In this document: positions 37,746 through 49,609 of the stretch, piece by piece
How the letters are laid out: the number at the start of each line of letters is the position of its first letter
How positions within the stretch are numbered: position 1 is the first letter of the stretch
From: Octopus sinensis
Taxonomy: Eukaryota
Direction: 5' to 3'
Assembly (NCBI RefSeq): GCF_006345805.1
Contig: NC_043013.1
Coordinates: forward strand, 20,336,001-20,400,000
Length of the DNA: 64,000 nucleotides
Position numbers and translations under genes: made by a program
The notes under the pieces: generated by a model
The model's input: the letters and a program-made list of their open reading frames with translations, nothing else
Database searches by the model: none
What the model was told of the DNA's origin: nothing

Positions 37746-38525
37746 TAAGATAGAGTAGAATTTTCAAATAAATAAATAAAAATAATAATAAAATAAATGG
37801 TAATCATATATGGCACTGCAAACCATTACTTTTTGGAGAATGAACAAAAACAATTCATGATAAAAGTGAATGGTTTTATGGAGTTAGTGAAGATGGTCTA
37901 AGAAAGATATTTAAGTCGAGATATTGAGTAGCTGTGTTAAAAAAATATTAACAGCATGGCATTATTAGACTGGTCCATTATGCATTGCTGAGGGAGGGGA
38001 GCCGGTATGTAATCTAGTCATGTCTTTTGAAAATCTTTATATTTTCCTGAACTGTTGGTTCCAGAGCCTTTTCCAAAACAAGAACGGTCACCTTGATCAA
38101 CAAATTATAAATTAAACAAATATTGATTTCAAAATTTTGGCACAAGGAGTAGGGGTAAGTCGATTACATCAATCTGAGTACCCAACTGGTACCTATTTTA
38201 TTGACCACAAAAGGGATGGATGCGAAGCCGACCTCGGCGGAATTTAATCTTAGAACATGAAGACGGATGAAATGCCGTCAAGCATTTTGCCTGGTGCGCT
38301 GAAGATTCTGCCAGCTCATGCATTAACTAAAAAAAATGTTAATTTACTTTAAAAATTAAATAAAATACTAGTACCTGAACGTTAGTACCAATGTTACAAG
38401 TTTATTAATACTATACTGAGCAAAGCAGCAATAAACCAGTCTGGGGCCATGGGAATTAATGTGGAATATAAGAGATTCCCGATCACCAGTGTCCAGAAAG
38501 TCGGTGTTGTACCTGGGTACAATTT

Positions 38526-38603
38526 TTATTTCCAGTCAGCAAAGTGAGGGTTTCGTGCATAGCACTTACTGAAACTCTCAGCCCTTGAGTCACTTAGTAA
38601 ATC
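38526..38603 (-). CDS. Candidate exon: terminal (DLLSDSRAESFSKCYARNPHFADWK*) or 34-bp internal (38570-38603)
   Basis: Acceptor ttttattttatttcacAG; only frame 0 open; GTAAGT donor after 34 bp; AATAAA at 38401-38406. Confidence 0.5.
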   Translation of the reverse strand, partial: DLLSDSRAESFSKCYARNPHFADWK

Positions 38604-38694
38604 CTGTGAAATAAAATAAAATAAAATATGTATTTATGTTTTTAGTTCTATTTTCCCAGTAACCAACAAGATTCGAAAATCGATTGGAGTTCAC

Positions 38695-38990
38695 TCTTTT
38701 ACTAGTTTCAGTCATTTGACTGTGGCCATGCTGGGGCTCTACTATAAAGGGCTATAGTTGAAGAAATCGACCCCAGGACTAATTCTTTGTAAGCCTAGTA
38801 CTTATTCTATCAGTCTCTTTTGCCGAACCACTAAATTACAGGGACATAAACACACCAGCATCGGTTGTCAAACGATGGACTTCTTTTAGTTTCCGTCTAC
38901 CAATCCACTGACAAATCTTTGGTTTGCCCGAGGCTATAGTAGAAGACACCCAAGGTGTCAAGGGAGACTAAACCCGGGGTCATGAGGTTG
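38695..38990 (-). mobile_element. SINE family B, degenerate
   Basis: Similarity to 53115-53619. Confidence 0.8.
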
Positions 38991-39009
38991 AGAAGGTCCC
39001 TAATTCTTC

Positions 39010-39600
39010 ATCAGTTTCGCACTATTAATGATAAGACTGGTAATTTCCTATGCTGGCGGTGCCCGCGAAAGCCGCGCAGAAGGTAGGGACTAGAGCAAAC
39101 AAAACAACACAGAGTGGACTTTACGAAAGTAAGAAAACAAAATGTAATTTACGACAATAAACAAAGACGAAATAGATAAGAAACGAGCAAAATACAGCGT
39201 TAGGGCCAAAGAGACAGGAATGGTGGGTAATGCTTAGGAGACATCCTTTTCCCCCTTCATTTCTTCCCTCGTTTTCTGTCTGTCTTTCTCCCTCTCTCTC
39301 CCTCTCCCTCTCTCTTGCCCTTTTTCTCCCCTACATGCTTCTGACATGTGACCCGTGCCCAGATTTCCTTTCATTCTTTCCTTTTTCCCACCGGTTGCGG
39401 AGCTGACCGGTCGTAAACATTCTCTGTCTTGCTATTTGCTGCTTTCTATATCCTTAATGGTGCGAAACTTAGTATCACAATTTGGTTGATAACTGATGAA
39501 GAATTAGGGACCTCATGTATCTTTTTTTCGTCCGGTTGTACACTCAGTATACGTAAACGATTTTTTTTTTACCTGTCGTTGTTTATTCATAATGTATTGT
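39010..39600 (+). mobile_element. Unclassified element, architecture shared with 43545-44410 (probable Penelope-like derivative)
   Basis: CT-rich tract, cgaaac...CTGATGAAG motif pair, T-rich end. Confidence 0.4.
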
Positions 39601-40197
39601 TTCATTTAATTAACGGAACGCATAAAGGTATTACCTTTATTAACAGTATGTGTGTGTGTGTGTGAAACCTGTCTTGTATCTGAGTTCAAATTCTGCTGAT
39701 GTCCACTTTGCCTTTTATCGTATTGGGACTTACCCCCCCTCAAAATTACTGGCCCTGTGCCATAATTTGAAACCAATATATATTTTAGTGTGGGCGGTTG
39801 TTCACTTGTGCTTCTGTCTATATATGTATACATACATAATCATGTCTATATACATATGCATTAGCACGAGAGCGCGTAAGATGCACACGCACACACTCCT
39901 TGTTAGAAAAAGAAGTATTGACTAAAAGTATTTCTTTAATGTATTAGTTACATAATTTCATGTGGAAAGTCATTAGAAAGATTTCGCTCGTATGAAGTTT
40001 TAGACAGTTTTGAATATTCTCAAAAGAAGTAGAAATGAAATTAAAAACACGATCTTCAAAGAGCCATGTTTGTAAGTATCGCTCACAAGGTAAGTGTATT
40101 CTTCAGATTTCGATTTCATATTTCAAAGAATATTCAAACAATGAATATTTCAAAAGAAAGGCAGGCTTAGATTATCTGCTGAGGATCGGAAATGAGA

Positions 40198-40306
40198 GAC
40201 TCGAAGTACAGGAAATAAGTGCCTTTCAGAGTTATAAGGCATTTAAGAGTACTTTGCACTTTAATGCCTTATAACTCTAAAAGGCTCTTTACACTTGTAC
40301 TGAGTC
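40198..40306. ncRNA. Pre-miRNA-like hairpin
   Basis: 16-bp perfect core stem 40228-40243/40263-40278, extended by imperfect pairing to ~50-bp arms; single copy in window. Confidence 0.45.
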
Positions 40307-40344
40307 CTGTAATTTAACACTTCTAAATCCTTAAATCCTTAAAA

Positions 40345-41010
40345 ATGTTTTAGCCGGAAGGCCGCGGCCATGCTGGGGCACCAGGTGAATCCTTTATCCT
40401 TTATTTGTTTCAGATGCTAAACTGCAGCCATGCTGGGGCAGCACCTCGAAGAATTTCTTTTAGTTGAATAAATCGACCCCGGTATTACCTTTTAAAGGCG
40501 GCGAGCTGGCAGAATCGTTAGTACGCCGGGCGAAATGCTTAGCGGTATTTCGTCTGCCGATACGTTGTGAGTTCAAATTCCGCCGAGGTCGACTTTGCCT
40601 TTTATCCTTTCGGGGTCGATAAATTAAGTACCAGTTACTGGGGTCGATATAATCGGCTTAATCCGTTTGTCTGTCCTTATTTGTCCTCTCTGTGTTTAGC
40701 CCCTTGTGGGTAGTAAAGAAATAGGTATTACCTTTTAATGTACATATTTTATTGGTCTCTTTTGCCGAACTGCTAAGTTATGAGGACTAAGTAAATTATC
40801 ACTGGCTGTCAAACAGTATAGTGCAGACACAAATGCACACACACACACACGCACAAATATTTATGATGGGCTTCTTTCAGTTTCTGTCTACGAAGTTCCC
40901 CCACAAGTTATTGATCGGCCCAGGGCTGTAATGGAAGATACTTGCCCAAGGTGCTGCATATTGGGACTGAACCTGGAACTATATGGGAGGGAAGCAAACT
41001 TTTTACTTCA
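40345..41010 (-). mobile_element. SINE family B split by a SINE A insertion
   Basis: B tail ~40345-40480 resumes at ~40740. Confidence 0.85.
40496..40723 (+). mobile_element. SINE family A, young copy
   Basis: 15-bp TSD ggtattaccttttaa at 40481-40495 and 40724-40738. Confidence 0.95.
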
Positions 41011-41319
41011 TACGTGTGTATGTGTATGTGTGTGTGTGTGTGTGTGTGAACACACAAACAAAAATATAGTTTTGCATGAGAATTCCATTAGTTTAGCATT
41101 TTCTATGTATCTGCTGCTTCTTTTCCACTTAGGGATGTATGCTCGAACAAGACTTTCTTTGCAAACTATCAGTTGCCCATGCAGTAAGTCTGCCATATCT
41201 ACACGAACGTGCCTCCCCACCCACGACTCTGTTTCTTCAGACCTTTTAAAAAAATAAATGTTTCTAAGTGAAAATTTCTACAAATACTTTTAAGCGGAAA
41301 GTGTAACCTCTTGAAAGAG

Positions 41320-41620
41320 CTGTTCTTCACTCCTGCTCCAGAGCGTCGGCTACGGGGTCATTCCGAAAAGCTCTACCTGCGACGATTTCATCTCAATCGA
41401 AGGAGAGGAGCTTTCTCCGTCCGGGTTGCGGATCCGTTGAACAAGCTGCCAGACGAGATGGTGAAGATGCCGACGACCGCTTTGTTCAAAGCCTCCCTTG
41501 ACCTCAAGTGGCCTGAACTCTTTACATGAACACCACCCTGTACTTAACTCCATGTCCCCCTACATGGCCTTGCTATTTGCTTTTGAGTCAAATTAACTAA
41601 CTAACTAACTAACTAACAAA
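41320..41620 (+). mobile_element. CR1-group LINE 3' fragment, second family, (CTAA)n tail
   Basis: RRLRGHSEKLYLRRFHLNRRRGAFSVRVADPLNKLPDEMV. Confidence 0.85.
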
Positions 41621-41887
41621 TTGTGTAGACTACGGTTATATGGGAATTTACAGTTCTATATTTAAGAAATGAGGAATTACTTACGTTATTTACATTCGAC
41701 GGATACTTGTCCTCATCATTGGGGGAAGGAGATAGTCAGTTACATCGACGCCAGTAGTCGACTGGTACTTTTTCATCAACTCCAAAAGGATGAAAGGAAG
41801 AATTTGAACACAGAACGTAGCGACGGACGAAATGCTGTTAAACATTCGCTTGGCGTCCAAATGATTCTGCCAGCTCAACGCCTCAGG

Positions 41888-42055
41888 CACACAAATATGA
41901 TTTTCTTGTGTTTCTTAAATATTCTCTAGAACAATACTATGTGCAAAACCAAATATGTGACACACAAGGCATAACATCAACTTGAACTTCTAATTTGTTG
42001 TCTCTAGGTGAGACTTGGAGTCAACTTGTATAAATACAAAGCAAAAGTCAAACAT
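41888..42055 (+). mobile_element. 3' UTR of an R4/Dong-like element followed by (TAA)n
   Basis: Matches 52530-52710. Confidence 0.75.
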
Positions 42056-42094
42056 ATAATGATAATAATAATAATAGTAATAGTAATAAGAATT

Positions 42095-42620
42095 CTTTCT
42101 ACTATGGGCACAAGCCCTAGATTTCGTGGGGAGGAGGACAGTCGATTACAACGACCCCAGTGCGTAACTGGTACTTAATTTATCGATGCAGGAAAAGATG
42201 GAAAGATAAAGTCGACCTTGGCGGAATTTGAACTCAGAACGTAGCGTCAGACGAAATACCTATTACTTTACTATCCACAAGGGGCTAAACACAGAAAGGA
42301 CAAACAAGGACAGACAAACGGATTAAGTCGATTATATCGACCCCAGTGCATAACTGGTACTTATTTAATTGACCCCGAAAAGATGACAGGCAAAGTCAAC
42401 CTCGACAGAACTTGAACTCAGAACGTAACGGCAAACGAAATACCTGTTTCTATTTCTTTACTACCCACAAGGGGCTAAACATAGAGCGGACAAACAAGGA
42501 CAGACAAAGGGATTAAGTCGATTACATCGACCCCAGCGGAATTTGAACTCACAACGTAACGGCAGACGAAATACTGCTCAGCATTTCGCCCGGCGTGCTA
42601 ACGATTCTGCCAGCTCACCG
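42095..42620 (-). mobile_element. SINE family A trimer (one head, A1-A1-A2 tails)
   Basis: Junctions at ~42255 and ~42445 both run tail into ggtatttcgt; another A2 copy at 42655-42810. Confidence 0.85.
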
Positions 42621-43395
42621 ATTTAATAATAATAATAATCATCATAATAATAATAACAGTTTCAAATTTTGCCTCAAAGGCAGCAATTTTGGGGGAGGGG
42701 ATAAGTCGATTACATCGACCCCAGTGTTCAACTGGTACTCATTTTATCGATTCCGAATGGATGAAAGGTAAATTCGACTTCGGCGGAATGTTTAACTCAG
42801 AAGGCGGAATTTGAATAATAATAATTGTTATTAAATATAACTAAAACTAAGTAAAGTAAGCCACCAGTACGAAGAATACAGATTGTAAAGTATATTAGAT
42901 ATTAAATCAATATTTTGGATTTAAGAAGATGAAATCATGAAATGGAATCTTTTCAAATGGAGCGTAAAGTGTAGACAGCACCAAAAGAATTATGAGTCGA
43001 AGGAGGAGACGCAACATCGGTGGGGAGACGGCTGTCAGTGTGGTAATGAAATTGACCAATAAATTCTGGACAGTCTAGAAGTTCTTCACAGTGGCTGAAT
43101 CGAGTATTTTTTTTTTTTTTAATAAACATTTGATTATTGCTTTAGAGTTTTGAATTAGTTTTATTGATTTCACTTATGGGGTTGCAGCCATACTAGGGCG
43201 CTGCTATTAAGGCGCTAGCGTGGCTGTGTGGTATGATGTTTGCTTCTCAACCAAATGGCTCCGGCTTCAGTCTCACGTCGGCATTTAGGATGTCTTCCAA
43301 CATAACCACGTAGAAGGAACCAATATAGCCACGTAGAAGGAAACTGAATGAATGAAGCCAGTCGTTTATATGTGCTTTTATATGTACGTATGTGC

Positions 43396-43442
<47 letters not shown>

Positions 43443-43472
43443 CCATCCATCCATCCATCCATCCATCCATCC

Positions 43473-43541
<69 letters not shown>

Positions 43542-43544
43542 CAC

Positions 43545-44410
43545 CAGAGTAAGCACATAATGCGAAACAAGGGGGAAAATAGTACTCGAATACCAGAGGT
43601 AGAGCAATATGCTTTATTAAAAACCAGCAAAAATATCACAAAAACTCAGAGTTTCACTTTCCCGTTCGTCGGACAGTAGTCCGACGAACGGGAACGTGAA
43701 ACTTAGTTAGCGTTGACCCGATATTTAGGGGGTTTTCCTGACACCAATTCCTTTCATACCCTTTATTCTTCTCCAAGTACAGTTTTTATATATAATTATG
43801 ACGCGAAACTCTATAACTCTTTGCTTGAGCTTCCCTTCTTTCCCTATCTCTCTCTCTCTCACTCCTCCTCATCTCTCTCACAGCCGCTTATCTTCCTCTA
43901 TCTATCTCTCTCTCACTCCTCCTCATCTCTCTCACAGCCGGCCGAATACTTCCTTTCGCCTGCGGCCTCCTAACTGTAAAAACACGGTTTTTCTTGCGCT
44001 CTTTGAATCTCTCCTCGTCTAGGCGGCCAAAAAAAGCCCTCTTTGTTTGTTTTCTTGTTTGTTTTTATTTCTTGTAATTGTATTTTTATTTTGTATTTTA
44101 TTTTGTAATTTTATTTGTATCGTTTATTTGTTTGTGTCACATTTTTTTCTTACCTTGTTTTTACCCCTCGCGAAGTAATTTTATTTTAATTCTTTCGCAG
44201 GAAGGGCTAGTTCGACGAGTCGTGTTCTGTCCTCACCTTCGAAACACGCTGGAGTTCAACTAGGGACAGCTGATGAAGAGGATTTTTCCTTGTGTAGTTT
44301 GTCTTGTACTCTGTATTTTCGTTGTTAAAAAAAGGTCCGTTCCATGCTTGTTTTTACGTTTTCGTTTCTCGTTGAGTTCTACGTCTATTTTTGGTGTCCT
44401 GTACTCAGGT
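43545..44410. mobile_element. Probable non-autonomous Penelope-like element with inverted ends
   Basis: Hairpin 43651-43707 (agtttcac..ttcccgttcgtcggac / gtccgacgaacgggaa..gtgaaact); relic hammerhead motifs at 44198-44295; internal 54-bp duplication. Confidence 0.5.
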
Positions 44411-44502
44411 GTATATATATTTATATATGCATGTATATATACATGTAGATGTAGGTACGTACATATATGTATGTATGTATGCATATATTTTATTTATTAC
44501 AC

Positions 44503-44539
<37 letters not shown>

Positions 44540-44544
<5 letters not shown>

Positions 44545-46160
44545 AAATATTAGGGAGTAAATCCAAACTTACAGGGAAAAATTAGATTTAGGATTAAATC
44601 TAATTTTATAGTATAAATATATATCATATTAAATTAGAGATAAAACCACTATTAGGCAAATCAAACAGTGAAAATCATAAGCCGATACATAGAAATAAAA
44701 TTAATTAAAAAATATAAAAAATTTAAAATATAAAATATAAAAATCCAATTAAAATATCTAAATTAAATTTTAATATTTTAAAATTATCTAAATTAATAAA
44801 TTAAGCTTATAAATTTTAAATATATATATATATATTATTATTTTATTTATTTATTTATTTATTCTTAATTTTAAACTATCAAAAAGTATTAAAAGTTTAA
44901 TATAAGATAAAAAGTAAAAACACTACGATCGTTTCATGCTCGTAACCAATTCGAATAACAATAATAATAATTTAAATTCAATTAATAATTCGAATTATGG
45001 TTACAGTCAATCTTCAGGTTAATTGTAATATTTTAATAAATAATCAGAAATATTTAAACAATATTTTTTAAGAAATAAATACTATAATAAATTTTCTTAT
45101 AAAAAACTCTATTGTCAAACTAGAAACTTAACGATTATGATTATGTCAAAACAACGATTATAATGTTAAATATTAATAATAATCTAATATCAGTAATAGT
45201 CAATATCTAATTACATAAATATTTTACAAAAAAATGACTATTCATATTATTAAAATATGAAATTTAAATAATATATAAATTATCAGTGAAAATATATAAA
45301 TGTATATAAATATTATAATTAAGATCTAAAATAATCTCTATAAATAAATATATATGCACATATAATAAAGACCTAATAAATCAATTTTTCATATTTAAAG
45401 ATGAAATAGCTAATTTCAAAAATACAAATACTATAGCAAATTAACTATCTTTATATCTCGTTGGCTAAATAATAACTTTCAAAAATCTTATATTTAAAAT
45501 ACTTAAAGAAATAATCAATTCGTAGTTATATAGTATCAAATAAATACTATAAATATATTTATCAATGGGGATATAATAAAACTAGCAAATAACAATTTAA
45601 AAAGACAATATATAAATTAAAATAAAATGATAATTATAAGAAATTTAAAACTACAATTAATGCTATTAATACATGCATATACATGAATCTAACTTAAAAC
45701 AACTCGTATACTTGCTATCAAACAACATATCTATCGCTAAGTAAATTCTTACGAATAAACTTTATACGAATAAAAGTTAATATCTAATAATTATATAGAA
45801 AATTACGATAATTAGATAAACAACGATATTTACATAAAAAACGATAATATTATACGATTCGACTTATAAAATATTAAAATTTAAAGATCTTAAATATAAA
45901 AAAAATAAATATATAAATAAAATAAATAAATAAATAAGATAATAATAAAAATAATAATTTATAAGTTTAATTTATTCATTTGAATAATTAAAAAAAATTT
46001 AAACTTTAATTTAAATATTTTATTTGGATTTTTATATTTCATATTTTATATTTCTTATATTTTTTAATTAATTTTATTTCTATGTTTTGGCTTATGATTT
46101 TCACTGTTTGATTTGCCTAATAGTGGTTTTATCTCTAATTTAATATGATATATATATATA
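44540..46160. mobile_element. Extremely AT-rich Penelope-like element with inverted partial terminal repeat
   Basis: ~44617-44800 is the reverse complement of ~45990-46160; 13-bp hairpin 44578-44607; hammerhead fold 44918-45022; stop-riddled frame ~45550-45900. Confidence 0.6.
44918..45022 (-). ncRNA. Candidate type I minimal hammerhead ribozyme
   Basis: CTGAAGA, long stem II (gtaacc/ggttac, aattcgaat/attcgaatt), GAAA, perfect palindrome ACGATCGT as stem III, GUA site; stem I weak. Confidence 0.5.
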
Positions 46161-46174
46161 TATATATATATACA

Positions 46175-46954
46175 CTAGCAGCATAGCCCGGCGTTGCCCG
46201 GGTATGTAAGAGCCCATAGTAGGCAACGACTAATCCCAATCTAGTCCTTTCCCTCTAGGGAACGAAAGCGCATGTGTAGGTTGCAATGTCTTCTCTTCAC
46301 TCCCAAATAACTATCAAACAGCTATCGATAATTCAACCTAACCAATTCCTACCAGTAAGAAATTGCATTCGAGACTTTACTCCTAACACTGCCACTTCTG
46401 CTAATAGCTGCTGCAGCCGCAAGTTATTCGAATACTTTTTTGTTTACACTTTCTTTATAACTACCACCCCAAACGTTTTACCTTAAATTTTTGGCGTACC
46501 CTAAGGGTCCTCGGACGCTACTTGCAAACTCCTTGTTTATTATAAACCGCTTTTGTCGTGTGCAGCAAAAAACCTTTTCCATTCGTTTGTTCAATTTGGT
46601 CACTTTTGACTTTTTCGTTGTTGTCACTCACATTGCTGCCCACTTTTTTGCCGTTTTTGTACATTTTTATACATTTTGGGATACTTACCCCACGTGTTCC
46701 GAGAGTTAAAAAGGTCGAGTTGCGTCCCCTAGACAGTCTGTAGAAAGTGTGTTGCATATAAAAAGCTTAGATTCTCGACCCATGTCGAATTTATCGATTT
46801 TTTTCAGAACTGGGGGAACTTTTCAAAATTTTCGCTGCGTTAGTTTTGAATTATGACATTGGGCTATGTGTGTGTCAAGTTTCATCAGAATCGGTTGAAA
46901 GCCGTGGCCAGGCTGAGGGTACAACCTGACAGACACACAGACAGACAAACTGCC

Positions 46955-46960
<6 letters not shown>
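46175..46960 (-). mobile_element. Non-autonomous Helitron
   Basis: 3' hairpin cccgggcaacgccggg and CTAG|T; ~46700-46960 nearly identical to ~12720-12965; 5' end lost in (TA)n. Confidence 0.9.
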
Positions 46961-47038
<78 letters not shown>

Positions 47039-47414
47039 AGTGTGTGTGTGCGTGTAGTTGAGTAAAGCCGGAACAATGCGAGAAGGTACAAAGTAAGCTA
47101 CAAAAGGAAAAGAATACAGAACAAACTTGCAGTTTCATCTTGTATTTCTATATTTCGGAGTGAAGACCACCCCACCCTTCTTCACGACATTTGGAAAAGT
47201 GATATTTGGAAAATTTGTTGCTCAGATGATATGCGTGGACATTTGTTGCTATAGCAACCAGTCTGCTTCATGTAGTTCTTTACTATTGTTAATGCCTTGT
47301 TTCTATTTGCTTATATAGAGGGCTTCCATAATTCTGGGATTGCCCCTGTTGCGTTGGGTTTGCCATGATGGAAACTTTAAAATTCCGAGTTAGGCATATA
47401 CGTGTGTGCGCGTG

Positions 47415-47454
<40 letters not shown>

Positions 47455-47455
<1 letters not shown>

Positions 47456-47625
47456 CCCAACCAATACGTGACAACTGGTTCTAGTTTGTTTACGTCGTAG
47501 CACAATAACGGTTCGGTCAGAGAGATCGATATAATAAATGCCAAGCTTTTAAAAAGTAAGTGCTGGAATCGATTTGCCACAGCATTGTCGCAACCAAATG
47601 ACCAAAACAAGTAAAAGGTAAAAGG
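47455..47625 (+). mobile_element. SINE family B, 3' part, degenerate
   Basis: gtttacgtc..aacggttcgg..agaga..cgat..; tail caaatgac..aaacaagtaaaag. Confidence 0.7.
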
Positions 47626-48124
47626 TAATAATATATTTACGTGGCTTAACCAGCGGAGGAAGTGATGTATTAGATGATACCCTTACCCCACTTTTTACTT
47701 GTCTCTTGGGCTTGTGGGAAGAAGGGGATAAGTTATTCTAAACAAAAAGACAGGAATCTAACAACCACATTTGGAAATTAATTAAAACTCGGAAGAAAGA
47801 GGAAGGGTTCGTTCAAGGTAAAATGACTCAAATTCTTCGAAGAGATCCGTCAAATTCATGAACACGATATTGAAGAATAACTAAACGACTCAAAAGATTG
47901 GTCATTGAATATGGGTCAACAAGAAAAAGTGATTTTTTTGAAGAGTGTTGGCATATAATTTGCATCTATTTTAAGGGATCATAAATCATTAGCTATATCT
48001 CATTACTTTTTTTAAAATGACTTTTTTTTTTAAATACATTTTCACACAGTATTTTACTTGAATCCTGTCAATAAGATTCTCAATGATTATTTGATTTTGA
48101 TGTTTTCTAAAGAATTTATTTAAA

Positions 48125-48224
48125 ATTGGACAAAAAAGAACCATCGGACAAAAAAGACGTCTGACCAAAAGATGTGGACAAAGTGACGTTGGACAAAGTG
48201 ACGTTGGATGAAAAGTCGGGTCAC
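48125..48224 (-). mobile_element. DNA-transposon terminus with short subterminal tandem repeats
   Basis: GTGACCCGACTTTTCATCCAAC end and repeated ggacaaa(gtgacgtt) units; superfamily uncertain (Mutator-like). Confidence 0.5.
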
Positions 48225-48323
48225 GCGCATAAACACACACACACACACCACTCCCTTACAATACATTTTGTATTGCATCCGTGATGTATATGGTCCTTTG
48301 GTAAATTAATGAAAGATTATTGT

Positions 48324-48355
<32 letters not shown>

Positions 48356-48369
48356 TTACTACTAACAGT

Positions 48370-48752
48370 GGAGGCGCAATGGCCCAGTGGTTATGGCAGC
48401 GGACTCGCGGTCATAGGATCGCGGTTTCGATTCCCAGACCGGGCGTTGTGAGTGTTTATTGAGCGAAAACACCTAAAGCTCCACGAGGCTCCGGCAGGGG
48501 GTGGTGGTGATCTCTGCTGTACTCTTTCACCACAACTTTCTCTCACTCTTACTTCCTGTTTCTGTTGTACCTGTATTTCAAAGGGCCGGCCTTGTCACTC
48601 TCTGTGTCACGCTGAATATCCCCGAGAACTACGTTAAGGGTACACGTGTCTGTGGAGTGCTCAGCCACTTACACGTTAATTTCACGAGCAGGCTGTTCCG
48701 TTGATTCGGATCAACCGGAACCCTCATCGTCGTAACCGACGGAGGGCTTCCG
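48370..48752 (+). mobile_element. SINE family C, tail type 2
   Basis: Same head and centre as 18385-18695 up to ~48550; TSD actactaaca at 48358-48367 and 48753-48762. Confidence 0.9.
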
Positions 48753-48773
48753 ACTACTAACAATTATTTAAAG

Positions 48774-49047
48774 TGATTCTACTGAAATTTCTGGTAAAAG
48801 ACAGAAAGCTAGAGATATAGACATTGAAGAAGTTAATCACTATCAACCCAGACTGAACATCAATCACAACCAATCCACGCCGACCGTTTACCACCATCAA
48901 TCCAATCGGAACGTTAATGACTATGAATCCAAACCCAACGTCAACCGCCATCAATCTAAACAGACTATTTACCACCAGCAATCCGATCTAAATGATAATT
49001 ACCATGAATCCAAACTGAACGTTAATCATCATCAATCTAAACGTTAA
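48774..49047 (+). CDS. Candidate exon encoding a His/Asn/Gln-rich 9-aa tandem repeat
   Basis: Frame open 48772-49047 without ATG; 27-nt units HYQPRLNIN HNQSTPTVY HHQSNRNVN DYESKPNVN RHQSKQTIY HQQSDLNDN YHESKLNVN HHQSKR*; ctaac..tttaaAG acceptor. Confidence 0.5.
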
Positions 49048-49191
49048 TCACCATCAATCAAAAGTGAACGTTTAAAACTTGAAGAATTTATTGCAACAAA
49101 AATAAAAAAAAAAATTTTTCTCTTTTATGGTTTTTGTTTCCTTCCTTCCTTCGTTTCTTTCTTTTTTCCTTCCTTTCTTTCCTTCTTTTTC

Positions 49192-49242
<51 letters not shown>

Positions 49243-49574
49243 TCCTTTTGTACTGTTCACTGGTTTACTTTGAAATTTTTTTGCTTTGTTATTGTTGTAT
49301 AATAAATAACCTTCCAGCGCAACTAATTTAAAACAGATACAAAGATTAAATAACACACACAAACACACACACACACACACATACAAACAAACACACACAC
49401 ACACACACAAACACACAAACACACGCACACAAAGACACACACAAAGACACACACATATTTGCACGAAAGCATTACAATATATTTTTGTTTTTTTTTGTTT
49501 TCAATTTCAAACATCCACACATATTTATACATACATATAGATATACAAACACATATGTATATACTTATTGTTAT

Positions 49575-49609
<35 letters not shown>

